Source of the DNA: a virus
IMG/VR virus record: IMGVR_UViG_3300048588_001019
Coordinates: 16,486 to 80,485 of that record
DNA length: 64,000 nucleotides
Reading direction: 5' to 3' (one strand)
Shown here: positions 29,977 to 38,906 of the stretch, in pieces
Position numbering within the stretch: the first letter of the stretch is position 1
Layout of the letters: every line of letters starts with the position of its first letter
Translations under genes and position numbers: made by a program
Notes under the pieces: model-generated
What the model was told of the DNA's origin: nothing
Databases searched by the model: none
Seen by the model: the letters and a program-made list of their open reading frames with translations, nothing else

Positions 29977-30423
29977 ACGAATCTCCCTGCTGTGCTCAGT
30001 GACACAGGAGATTCAACTTATCAATGGAGGAATTTGACGGGGTACCCTCGGTCCGGCATGCACATCCTATACTCGGTAAAATGGTCTCCACCCAAATGTA
30101 TTCAGGAGAAGTCAGGCGCAGGGGGGTGCTGAGTGATTCACTGTCGGAGTTAAGTGAATATTTTTCGTTGTCGGAATTCGTGCTTTCTGTGCGATTGAAG
30201 CAGCTAAAGTGGAGAATCACAAAGAATCCTGGAAACCAAAACTTTTTAATAAACATATTGCCGCCTTTAAACCGTATATGAGGACGGTTCGGGCGAGAGT
30301 CTTTTCTGATAAACTTACAATTTCGTATTTATAAGGGGTACTGGGGAGTCCACTAAACAGGATGGCCTAAAGTCGGGTAATCATGAAATATTGGTTTTGT
30401 TCAGATCATAGCAACCCTTGTCG

Positions 30424-30439
30424 GTAAAGGAATCTTAAC
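30424..30439 (+). repeat. 16-bp motif copy 4 (GTAAAGGAATCTTAAC)
   Basis: Followed by gcctcaggcctccgc and then by a 5'-truncated gene duplicate. Confidence 0.9.
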
Positions 30440-30490
30440 TGCGAAATCCCAGCGTGGCGATGCCTCAGGCCTCCGCAGGAACTTCCCCAC

Positions 30491-30776
30491 CGATAAGTCT
30501 CTCATTCCCCGGTCGATGTTTCCAAATGCGTTGCGCGGCCGTAAGGATGTCTTCGCGTTAGACTTCTCGAAGAGCTCATGCTGGAAGTCTTATCCTCACA
30601 ATGGGATCTTTCAGCGCGTGAGGGGCGGGCAGCAAGTTAGGATTCTTTTTCTGCTCAAGGATAAAAAGACGACGCCGACTCGCTGGCAATTCAGCGAGCG
30701 GGTGGAGAAGGTGGTCGATGAATACTTTGATCGCTACTACGATGACGATGAACTCGATAGTCCATTAAGGCCGTGA
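30491..30776 (+). pseudogene. Diverged duplicate of the 3' half of the gpZ-like gene (scaffold repeat R3)
   Basis: DKSLIP.SMFPNALRGRKDVFA.DFSK...HNGIFQR.RG...LLKDKKTT..RWQFSE matches 22938-23036 + 24351-24500. Confidence 0.85.
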
Positions 30777-30807
30777 GAGCTAGGCGACCAATCTCAGATA
30801 GCAGTCC

Positions 30808-31050
30808 ATAAAAAAGGGCCCGCATCAAAAGCCGATTAAGCTATACACTCGGCCGATTCTGAGCCACAGGGATGTTGGCGACGTCGTTTATGATCCTTTC
30901 GCGGGATCCGGAGTGATCTTTAGAGCTGCGTAGGTGACCGGACGGATTGCGCTGGGTTTCGAGATCGAGCCGCACTTTTGCGGAAGGATCATTGAGCGCC
31001 TGAAAGTGCAGTACAGCCTTAGAGCAAAAATTGTTGGAAGCGTGTTTGAC
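30808..31050 (+). pseudogene. N4/N6 DNA methyltransferase C-terminal remnant
   Basis: HQKPIKL...GDVVYDPFAGSG.IFRAA*VTGRIALGFEIEPHFC, with an internal stop. Confidence 0.8.
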
Positions 31051-31072
31051 TGCAAAAGCCTGCCTAGGGCCG

Positions 31073-31088
31073 GTAAAGAATTCTTAAC
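31073..31088 (+). repeat. 16-bp motif copy 5 (GTAAAGAATTCTTAAC)
   Basis: Followed by gcctcaagcttccgg. Confidence 0.9.
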
Positions 31089-31553
31089 CAACGAAAGGTC
31101 GTCGGGGCAGTGCCTCAAGCTTCCGGTAAGTTGAATTCAGGAGAGTGTCTCCTATGCGGTCTATCGTTAATCTCCAAAGTCACCCATCTGACTGGTCACG
31201 TTTATCTCGAAATTTTTCTTAACCCAAGGCATTAAATTGACCGTATACTGATACAATGGAAGTATTTCTGGAAGATAACATGCGCTTCGCCTGTTTAAGC
31301 AATTCTTGGCAGATGCAGATGCAGGTACAGCCGAAATCAAAACGGACTTCAGGTACGCACTTTGGGCCCGATCTGTTGTATTTAACAACTTCAGGAGGTT
31401 CGCAATCCTGTCGGTTAATGCTAGCTGCTTTTTCCGCCATACATTCGGTGAAAAATACGCGGATATCTACCTCCCGAGCATATCAGAAAGCCGAACCGTT
31501 CAGGTGACATTTGTTTGTTAGATAAACTCCGCGACTGAACTGAAACCTATTGA

Positions 31554-33446
31554 GTGGATGATGTGATGAGCAAAGTATTTCTTCGCAATTTGCGCTTCTT
31601 CTTAATTCTAATTTGTGCAGTCAAGCCCTCACTGGGGTCTGCCTTCGCTGAGGCTCAGCCAATTCGTAACTTTCATATGGCAGAGATCAAAGATGAATCA
31701 CTTTCTATCGAAGCCATTATAAGGGAAAAGGACTCCCTGTCCTGGAACAAAGTCAGTGATACGGCTGCGAATTTTTATAGAGGGGACACACGAAATGTCG
31801 TCAGATTTAAGTTACAACAACTCGAGTATGATGAGATTGTAATAAGGGTTTTTTATGCCCATATTCAAAACACTCAAGCTTTCGCGGTTGATGGAGATAA
31901 TGCTCGAGAACTTAAAGCTCTCCCTGATAGATATGCAGCCTTTCTAGTTCCTCGGGAATACATAGGTAAGGACATTTTTGTTATTCAGAAATTTTCAGGG
32001 TTTTCCATGTTTGGGCCTAGGCCTATCTTTTTTATGGATCGATATGCGTACCAAATCGACGCTGAGATGGATCGAATGTATATAGGCATAGTGTTCGGTA
32101 TTATCTTCATCATGATCGTGTACAATATAGGAATGTTCCTATTATTTCGAAAAGTCTACTTGTTACTTTACATTCTCTACTGTTTATCGGCAGCGTTTCA
32201 GTTTTCGTTCACAAGTGGTTTGACGTTAAGAGGCTCTCTTGAGGTGGGTCTGTTTTATTACATAGCATCATTTTCAAGCGGATCTTTCGCTGTATTGTTC
32301 TCGATGCATGTCTTGAACATCAAGCGAGAATCAATCTCGCTGTACCGGATTGGACTTTTTGTTCTCACGATCTCTTTTATAAGCCTGATTGGTTCCCTAT
32401 TGGGTCATCATTTTTTCGTCAAGTACTTCGTATCCCTCGCGTTTCCTGTTTTAGGATATTCCACTTTTCTTGCCGTTCGCGCAGCGTACAACGGCTATAG
32501 ACCAGCATATGCCATGCTTCTGGGTTGGTCCGGCCTTTGGCTGTCATTTGTTTTGGTCGCTATGCAGTTCTTAATATCAGGATTTCCAAATATGGGGTGG
32601 GGGCCACCTATCGCGATTTCATTTGAAATCGCTACATTTTCTTTTGCAATGGGCCAGAAGCTGAGGATGAGCGAACTCAAATTCATGAAGGAAAATCAGC
32701 ACGCTTTCGCAGAAATGGCAAAGATGGTGTACTCACATCAACTGTCGGATATCAGGCTTGGAAAGCCTTTAGAAGAAACCATGCCGACCACCACATCTCA
32801 GGCTTGTGTTCTATCTTTTGATATTATTGGATCAAGCAAAATCCAGCACGTAAACGCCAAGATATTTTTCAGAAACACGTTTACTAAGTGCAATGAAATC
32901 ATTTCTGAGGGCTACGATGGCAAGAACCTAAGAGCCAATGCTTATCGCATTAAAGAAATGGGTGACGGTTTCTTGTGCTCTATTGGGTACCCTTTTCAAG
33001 CCATGAGCAATAATCTGGCCCATGATGCAGTTGATTTGGCTAAGAGATTCGCAAAGGTCCTCCATGAAGAGCAAAAAATGCTTCATACCGAAATTCCCAC
33101 TACATGCGGGATTGGTATTGCACTGGACACAATCACGGGTTTTTATCCAGAAGCAGGAACCAAAGAATATGACCTTTATGGTCAGGCCATTGTCCTCGCT
33201 ACTCGTTACGAAGGAATGAGAAAGACGCTTTTTGAAGCGGATAAAGGTCGTTCGGTTCTTATTATTCAAGAAAAGGTTTTTCTAAGCCTGGATCCTTCGC
33301 ATAGATGTGGATTTGCTTCAATTGATCTGAAAGAACTCGGAGTCGTCGTCAGAGACGATCCCGCAGCCACTAAGCTCTACTATCAATATCTGGATCAGGA
33401 TTCGGTTGGCGAAGAGCGACCAGGAGGTCATTTAAAGGTTGTGTGA
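31554..33446 (+). CDS. 7TM-DISM receptor class III adenylate/guanylate cyclase
   Basis: Signal peptide, extracellular domain, 7 TM (GIIFIMIVYNIGMF...), cyclase motifs FDIIGSS, KEMGDG, YDLYG, LATRYE. Confidence 0.88.
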   Translation: MDDVMSKVFLRNLRFFLILICAVKPSLGSAFAEAQPIRNFHMAEIKDESLSIEAIIREKDSLSWNKVSDTAANFYRGDTRNVVRFKLQQLEYDEIVIRVFYAHIQNTQAFAVDGDNARELKALPDRYAAFLVPREYIGKDIFVIQKFSGFSMFGPRPIFFMDRYAYQIDAEMDRMYIGIVFGIIFIMIVYNIGMFLLFRKVYLLLYILYCLSAAFQFSFTSGLTLRGSLEVGLFYYIASFSSGSFAVLFSMHVLNIKRESISLYRIGLFVLTISFISLIGSLLGHHFFVKYFVSLAFPVLGYSTFLAVRAAYNGYRPAYAMLLGWSGLWLSFVLVAMQFLISGFPNMGWGPPIAISFEIATFSFAMGQKLRMSELKFMKENQHAFAEMAKMVYSHQLSDIRLGKPLEETMPTTTSQACVLSFDIIGSSKIQHVNAKIFFRNTFTKCNEIISEGYDGKNLRANAYRIKEMGDGFLCSIGYPFQAMSNNLAHDAVDLAKRFAKVLHEEQKMLHTEIPTTCGIGIALDTITGFYPEAGTKEYDLYGQAIVLATRYEGMRKTLFEADKGRSVLIIQEKVFLSLDPSHRCGFASIDLKELGVVVRDDPAATKLYYQYLDQDSVGEERPGGHLKVV

Positions 33447-33597
33447 TTATTACTTTGGCAATCCTCTGAGCGAGTAAGAGCCGAGTCACAGAGAAGATTA
33501 GCTGTTATCTGACGTCTAGTTCTGTTTCCGCAATTCTATCAACTATCTTTGTCTCTCAATATCGCGGGCTAGAGATCTCCGTAGTTAGAATGCGAGG

Positions 33598-33649
33598 AGT
33601 TGAAGGTCGGCGAATTAATCGAACTAGGTGGATCAGGGAGGTCCTATAA
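33598..33649 (+). pseudogene. Toxin C-terminal remnant (TNT/DUF4237-like ending)
   Basis: With one indel reads LKVGELIELGWIREVL*; stop overlaps the next ATG (TAATG). Confidence 0.35.
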
Positions 33650-33888
33650 TGAAACTAAACGAACTAAGGGCCAAGCTTGAAGCGGAGAATTTTCCTAACG
33701 ATACTTTCAATCTCGACGGTAACACACCGAAAAATAATGATGGAGTTTACGTTCTATCCAAAGTAGAGGATATATGGATCATACTGCTGATCGATAGGGG
33801 GAATCGCATAGAGAGATTTTCAAGCTTTTCCGAGGAGGAGGCTTGTTCGGAGTTCTATAGGCTAATGAAGAGAGACATTGGCTTCTAA
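33628..33888 (+). CDS. Orphan immunity-like protein (probable start 33649)
   Basis: MKLNELRAKLE...F.L.G...YVL....W......RG......SEEEACSEF is a typical small immunity-protein pattern. Confidence 0.6.
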   Translation: MDQGGPIMKLNELRAKLEAENFPNDTFNLDGNTPKNNDGVYVLSKVEDIWIILLIDRGNRIERFSSFSEEEACSEFYRLMKRDIGF

Positions 33889-34287
33889 CCTGCAGCCTCC
33901 GGAGGTCGACGGTATATTTCCCGCGGCAAACCCTGAACTGTTGGCGGAAATTTTGTCGCGGCATGGGTTTATCTTAGCCGTGCAAACTGAAAGGATTAAC
34001 AAGCGAGGGCGTGAGTTCTGAGAGGGATCGGTGGTTGATCGGATAATCCTCTGAGTCGATCGAAACCGAAATCCAGCCGAAAATATTTTGTCGATTGAAA
34101 TCCTCATAGCATATAATCCGGCCAAACTCGGATCGATAGTGCGGATGACCCTGGCCTTGGTCCACACGCGGTACCGACGTACTTCCATAAAATGTGCAGT
34201 CAGGTCGATTAACAAAGCCCATTTCCTCCGTTGCTGGGACGAAAGAGCGAGGAAAACATTGCATCGAAGTCCTGAATTAGATCACGC

Positions 34288-34674
34288 TCATAGTTTTAAC
34301 CGGATCAGCTTGCCGTTCTTCATCTGATACCCGTCCTTTGCCAAGTACTCGTCCAGCTTTCTTGGGATATGCAGCATGGTGTTGGGAATCTTGCTGTGTA
34401 CGAATTCCAGGGTTGGAATAATCGGGAGTATTGAATGGCGGTCGGTCCAGTTGATAGTGGCATAGGAGCGGCATAAGGCTTCATCGAGTGTTGAGATACC
34501 CGCAAGATCACACATGACTTTGTATTTCACCCAGTCGTCAGTTACGAGGCGCGCGCCAAGCGCGAACAGATCGCGAGTTTCCTTGCTTAGCAACTCCCTT
34601 TTTGACGCATTTTCCATTCCCTGCCCCATTAACCATTCATTTGTATGGTATGTGACGCGGTAGTGATTGGTCAA
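34288..34674 (-). CDS. Hypothetical protein
   Basis: 128-aa ORF with protein-like composition; no recognised motif. Confidence 0.45.
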   Translation of the reverse strand: MTNHYRVTYHTNEWLMGQGMENASKRELLSKETRDLFALGARLVTDDWVKYKVMCDLAGISTLDEALCRSYATINWTDRHSILPIIPTLEFVHSKIPNTMLHIPRKLDEYLAKDGYQMKNGKLIRLKL

Positions 34675-34864
34675 GTGGTCGATTAAACGCGTTAAAGTGG
34701 TGTGGCAAAATGGAAAGGTCTTGAAGTGTCTCGCTCATTTTCAAAACTTGCTTCAGGTGAGCGTGGTCCTTCGCTGCGAAGAAGATTCTGCGGGTGCCAA
34801 GTCAGGTGTTCAGCCTCGCGCCCTGAACTCCGAACAGAAAAACAGTCGTCAGAGCCTTTTTGTT

Positions 34865-35084
34865 GTTCTTAGGCTCAATATTCTCGGGTCTTCCGACTCC
34901 TGCTCAGGCATTGTCTCGATCCAAGGAGGACCTTATGGAAGACACAAAGACCCAACCAGTCGCAAATGAGAAGCAGGAGCAGCCTACCCAAGTTATCCAT
35001 GCTTCCGATGGATGGATTGCCGTTTTCAGAAAGAGCATTCAAGTTGGCTCTGGAGAGTTTCCTTGGAAGGTAAAGGAATCTTAA
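34865..35084 (+). repeat. Scaffold repeat R2 copy B; small ORF MEDTKTQ... (34935-35084) ending inside motif copy 6
   Basis: AAGGAGG RBS; homologous to 16165-16330. Confidence 0.8.
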
Positions 35085-35085
35085 C
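35070..35085 (+). repeat. 16-bp motif copy 6 (GTAAAGGAATCTTAAC)
   Basis: About 40 bp before the truncation point of an IS fragment. Confidence 0.9.
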
Positions 35086-35126
35086 CCCAAGCTGAGCCCC
35101 TAAGGCTTTGAAAGGTCCCAAGCCTG

Positions 35127-35559
35127 ATCGTCCACCCCTTGCAATGGCATGCGCGAGATCAGTTTTTTTCACGACCGATTCGAACGGCTTCCTTCAGAAT
35201 CTCGACCTCTACAGTCTTGCGTTCAACGCACTTGATGCGATCCACAAGCTTCTTCATCTCGCTTTCTGGAACCCCACGCGCTCCTCGGATCATGCACCTG
35301 TCAAAGGTCCATTTTCCATAGCTCGCCTCCAACTGAATAGACGGTCGGGAGCCATACTATTGTGGGTAACCAGAGAAACCGACATTGCGTGCTGGTAAGT
35401 CTCGTCCACGATTGCCTTTTTCTCTTTAGGTGTCCATCGACGGCGACATTGGGGGCTGGTCAGAACCTCAACCCGGGATTTGTGTTAGCCATGCTGTTGG
35501 TTCTAATCCTGGTTGTTAGGAGCTGACCGAGTTATATGGGCTAAACGGAGGCTACTACA
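35127..35559 (-). mobile_element. Truncated, degenerate IS2-group fragment (IRL + orfA)
   Basis: Diverged copy of 23898-24345 ending GGCTACTACA; orfB absent. Confidence 0.9.
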
Positions 35560-35638
35560 ACAAATAGCAAAGAAAATTCTACAATACATAGACACTGGCA
35601 GTGGGATTTATTTGAACGAACGTACCTGAATGCCTGCC

Positions 35639-36958
35639 TTATACCGCTGACAGAGTATTTATCTGAATTTTTGAGGAAGGAGCTGTTTTTTGCCAGACAG
35701 TACATTGTATGCCAGCAACGTCTTTTGTATCAGCAGTCAAAACCTCAGAATGCCCTGTCTTATAGCAGTCCATGTTAGAGGCCAGCATAGACAACTCTTG
35801 GTCTAAAACCACTATTGGAAACGTGTATTCGTCTTTATCTTGCCCATATCCGGTAATTCTAAGGGCTTTTGCTTGCATTTCGAGCCTCTTCGCCACTCCG
35901 GCCATTTCTCCGGAAATCGTTGTTTTCATTCGTTTTTGAGGCCCTTGAAGACCAATAAATCCGATCCCAGCTGACATTCCAATGTCAAAGTTTAAGGAGA
36001 TATTCAATTTCGATTGAATTTCTTCATGGATTTTTGTGGCTAAGGCATTCGCGAACTCTAGGGCATGTAAAACGACTTCTCCCCTGCTTTCACCTTCTTC
36101 GAAAAAAATCACGAACAGTTCATCGGCCCACCAATCGGCGTAGTAGCAACCGGACGGTACATTACGGTCCAGTTGCTCCCAGACAATGTCATAATATATT
36201 CTGAAAAGTTCGGATATTTGGGCGGGTGTATGAGTCTTGGCAAGGGACTGATACCCTCGCCAGTCCGAAGACAGGCAAACTGCAAAGCGATCTTTGGCCT
36301 CAAAGACCTTTCTCAAATCACGGCTCTTCTCTTGCATCAGGGCTAAATGCCAAGCAAGTTTTGGCGGAACTAGAGCCCGAAAGTTTTCATAGCGAACCTG
36401 TATTCCACTGAAAAATTCCCGTCGCAAATAAAACATTATTCCGTAGCTAAACAAGTGGCAGAGAATATAATGTAGGATTTCATTTTGTTGAGTCGATTGT
36501 GATAAATAGTTTGTTAGTAAAGCTCCTGCTGTTGATAATGCGAGAAGTATGGTGTTGGCCTGTCCGAAGCGATGGGTGATAAATGACGAAAAGAATGCAA
36601 TTAGGAGTGAGCCAGTGGACACGGTTTGAATATAATCTTTTCCCGTGATTTGTAAAAACACCATAAACAGCCAGTTAATACCGACTACTGGCACTACTAG
36701 CAAAACGAGGTCTCTTAATCGACTCTTGGGGAGTAGTTTTTCGCCTATAAGAACTCCGGCACAAAAGAGTAAAAAGGCCACCCGCCAGGGAAGATAAGGC
36801 GCTGCGCCGCCTTGCTTGAAAGTAACGTGGTCTAGCGGAATCTGAATAGCCATATTAATCAGACCTATCCAGCCGATGACCTTGATGTAGCGAGGAGCAT
36901 GTAAATCGGCCCATTCCCGAGCCAGCGATTTCGCTCCCAATCTAGACAAAATAGACAT
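35639..36958 (-). CDS. Membrane-bound divergent class III nucleotide cyclase
   Basis: About 6 TM; SSDWRGYQ, WWADELF, IGMSAG, SGEMAGVAKRLE correspond to the cyclase motifs. Confidence 0.75.
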   Translation of the reverse strand: MSILSRLGAKSLAREWADLHAPRYIKVIGWIGLINMAIQIPLDHVTFKQGGAAPYLPWRVAFLLFCAGVLIGEKLLPKSRLRDLVLLVVPVVGINWLFMVFLQITGKDYIQTVSTGSLLIAFFSSFITHRFGQANTILLALSTAGALLTNYLSQSTQQNEILHYILCHLFSYGIMFYLRREFFSGIQVRYENFRALVPPKLAWHLALMQEKSRDLRKVFEAKDRFAVCLSSDWRGYQSLAKTHTPAQISELFRIYYDIVWEQLDRNVPSGCYYADWWADELFVIFFEEGESRGEVVLHALEFANALATKIHEEIQSKLNISLNFDIGMSAGIGFIGLQGPQKRMKTTISGEMAGVAKRLEMQAKALRITGYGQDKDEYTFPIVVLDQELSMLASNMDCYKTGHSEVLTADTKDVAGIQCTVWQKTAPSSKIQINTLSAV

Positions 36959-36991
36959 CCACCATGCTCCTAATAAATAATCGGGTTTAGG

Positions 36992-37330
36992 TTAAAATAA
37001 CCCGACTTCTTTGCAGGTCCACATCAACCCGCACTTTCTTGGCTGTTCGCACTCAACAATCATCTGACTTGGTATCCTCTGAGGATAGGGGAGTCTGAGG
37101 CCTTCCTGGCAATCACACTTCCAGCTATAAAAAGCAAGAATTGCTTCGCACTGTTCAAGTGCAGACTTATAGGTTGACCCATAGAACGATATCGAATCGT
37201 ACTCTTTTTTGCCAGAATCCTTCCATGTGTAATATAGGTCGACTCGTTTTTGGCAGCCGCCGAAAAATATAGCCAATAAAAATAGCACTGAGATTGAACG
37301 AAAGCTCTGGATATCGAGATGGATTCGCAA
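36992..37330 (-). CDS. Small Cys-rich lipoprotein
   Basis: Lipobox FGGC; lies between two cyclase genes with 30-33 nt gaps. Confidence 0.6.
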   Translation of the reverse strand: MRIHLDIQSFRSISVLFLLAIFFGGCQKRVDLYYTWKDSGKKEYDSISFYGSTYKSALEQCEAILAFYSWKCDCQEGLRLPYPQRIPSQMIVECEQPRKCGLMWTCKEVGLF

Positions 37331-37360
37331 AGAATGTTCCTCTAGGTTGGTGAGTGTTGT

Positions 37361-38704
37361 TTAACCAGCTTTTGATTTGGCAGCCAAAGCTTCTGCCCAG
37401 TAGTAAACAGAAGAAGCTGAGGGTGCATCTCTTACCTTTTCTGAGGTAAGGCTAAAGCTGTTATAGTCAGTCTTGTGCGATGCCGAAAGATTGCTAAAAA
37501 ATTCTTCAGAAACAATTATTATATTTCCTTCTGCCCCCAAAAGCGGAAGGAGGGTCTTTCTAAACGACTCATAACGAGTTGCCAAAACAATTCCATTTCC
37601 AAATAAGTCGTATTCTTGAGCTCCAGTGGCTGGAAATCCACCAATTACTGTGTCATAGACTATGCCGATGCCGCAGTATATATTCCCATTTTTACTCGTA
37701 AAATATCGCTCGACTTCACTATTAAATACCTGCACAAAACTCATAGCTAAAGAATGAGCTTCGTCAAACATGGAAGCTCCACTTACTTTGAAAGGGAATC
37801 CGACTGAGCAAAGAAAGCCGTCGCCCATCTCTTTTATTCTGAAGGCCGAGGCGAACACATCCGTGCCCTCGAATCTATATCCCGTCATCATAAGCTTGTG
37901 GCATCGCTTCATAACATTTTCAAAGAAGAGGTGGTTCTCTTTGTGACCGATTTTTGAGGAATTTTGAATATCAAATGAAATAATGCAGCATTTTGATTCG
38001 CCGCTAGGCATGGTTGATTGAAGTTTAACCCCGTCTTCAATCATGTTGACTTGGTGTTTGTAGAGGATTTTTGATATTTCCTCGTAAGCGTGAACTTTCG
38101 CGTCATTTGCTAATCCAGATACATAGAACTTGTATCGCATTAAAATAGCCGCGAACACTGAAAGAGCCAATGCCATGGAAAGATATGCAATTGTCTCGAT
38201 GGAATTTTTTAGCAGAGCTTCGATATTAAAAATAATGAAAATAAGAGAATTAAGGAATATACATATCGTTTGGCGAATAAAAAGGTTTTTAAGCCAAGGA
38301 TGAAATGCGAAGGCCACAGTGAAGAATATGTTCATGCCAAGATAATTGTGGTTAAGGAAGTCCTCGTGTCTCAGTGCAGAATAGACGGAAACAATCCAGG
38401 CGGTTTCGATAATAAAAACGGAGCAAATTATTTCCCAGAATATCCAAGGCCTTTCTTGAATGAGTTTGAAATGCTTGGCGAATAAAGAGTATGAGAAAAA
38501 CAGTAACGCTGTTGTAAAGTGACTGAGGCATAGTACTGGTGTTTTGGTTTCAATTCCGCATATTACACCAACAATCAAAATCGCTGCGCCACCAAACCGA
38601 TAGGGCATTGCCGCAGCGTAGTATTGATGATAGTCACGAGCGAAAGCTTTAAGATATCGCTGCTTGTGGTTTTTGCAATACTTGGTGACTTCAAGTCTGT
38701 CCAT
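37361..38704 (-). CDS. Membrane-bound class III adenylate/guanylate cyclase
   Basis: About 6 TM; FDIQNSS, KEMGDGFLCSVGFPF, YDLFG, LATRYE; paralog of the 31554 cyclase domain. Confidence 0.88.
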   Translation of the reverse strand: MDRLEVTKYCKNHKQRYLKAFARDYHQYYAAAMPYRFGGAAILIVGVICGIETKTPVLCLSHFTTALLFFSYSLFAKHFKLIQERPWIFWEIICSVFIIETAWIVSVYSALRHEDFLNHNYLGMNIFFTVAFAFHPWLKNLFIRQTICIFLNSLIFIIFNIEALLKNSIETIAYLSMALALSVFAAILMRYKFYVSGLANDAKVHAYEEISKILYKHQVNMIEDGVKLQSTMPSGESKCCIISFDIQNSSKIGHKENHLFFENVMKRCHKLMMTGYRFEGTDVFASAFRIKEMGDGFLCSVGFPFKVSGASMFDEAHSLAMSFVQVFNSEVERYFTSKNGNIYCGIGIVYDTVIGGFPATGAQEYDLFGNGIVLATRYESFRKTLLPLLGAEGNIIIVSEEFFSNLSASHKTDYNSFSLTSEKVRDAPSASSVYYWAEALAAKSKAG

Positions 38705-38906
38705 TTTAGATTTTCCAATATGTCTGGATATTTGCTCTTATTATAACGGCAAGGTTAAGGGATTCACAATGTAGTGAACCGAGCGAGAGGTGAGAAATTA
38801 AGCAGTAGGCGGGGTTCCACTTTATTGTGAATCAAAATGAGGTCTGAAAGAGTGGTTGTGGGGTCCGCGATGGGGACTATGAGCCGCGGCAGGTTATTAT
38901 CTATAT

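Larger units (their letters stand above)
28842..30050 (-). mobile_element. IS3 family (IS407 group) insertion sequence, 1209 bp
   Basis: IRs CGAGCATACCCC / CGAGGGTACCCC; 4-bp TSD GTCC (28838-28841, 30051-30054); orfA/orfB. Confidence 0.93.
24901..30256 (-). pseudogene. Teneurin-like YD/Rhs repeat lipoprotein (about 1380 aa) interrupted by an IS; C-terminal 1315-aa ORF at 24901-28848
   Basis: N-terminus 30256-30051 (MFIKKFWFPGFFVILHFSC) joins in frame to TYKESG after IS removal; VWDGLDAAG, LGGWSISHYH, many YD repeats, Rhs core FGARDYDPSIGRW...DPDG. Confidence 0.88.

Noticed and set aside
7785-35085. 16-bp motif as integron attC, dif/pdif site or CRISPR repeat
   Set aside because: TCTTAAC resembles an attC R'' box but no complementary GTTRRRY or long hairpin follows; no XerD arm (TTATGTTAAAT); spacing is kilobases and irregular, with no cas genes.
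35120-35125. AAGCCT next to the IS fragment, matching the TSD of the intact IS
   Set aside because: Not repeated at the other end (35560 onward), and the IS end on this side is missing; likely coincidence.
31554-38704. Cyclases as a Pycsar defence system
   Set aside because: They are multi-TM receptor cyclases and no cNMP-binding TIR/TM effector gene is adjacent.
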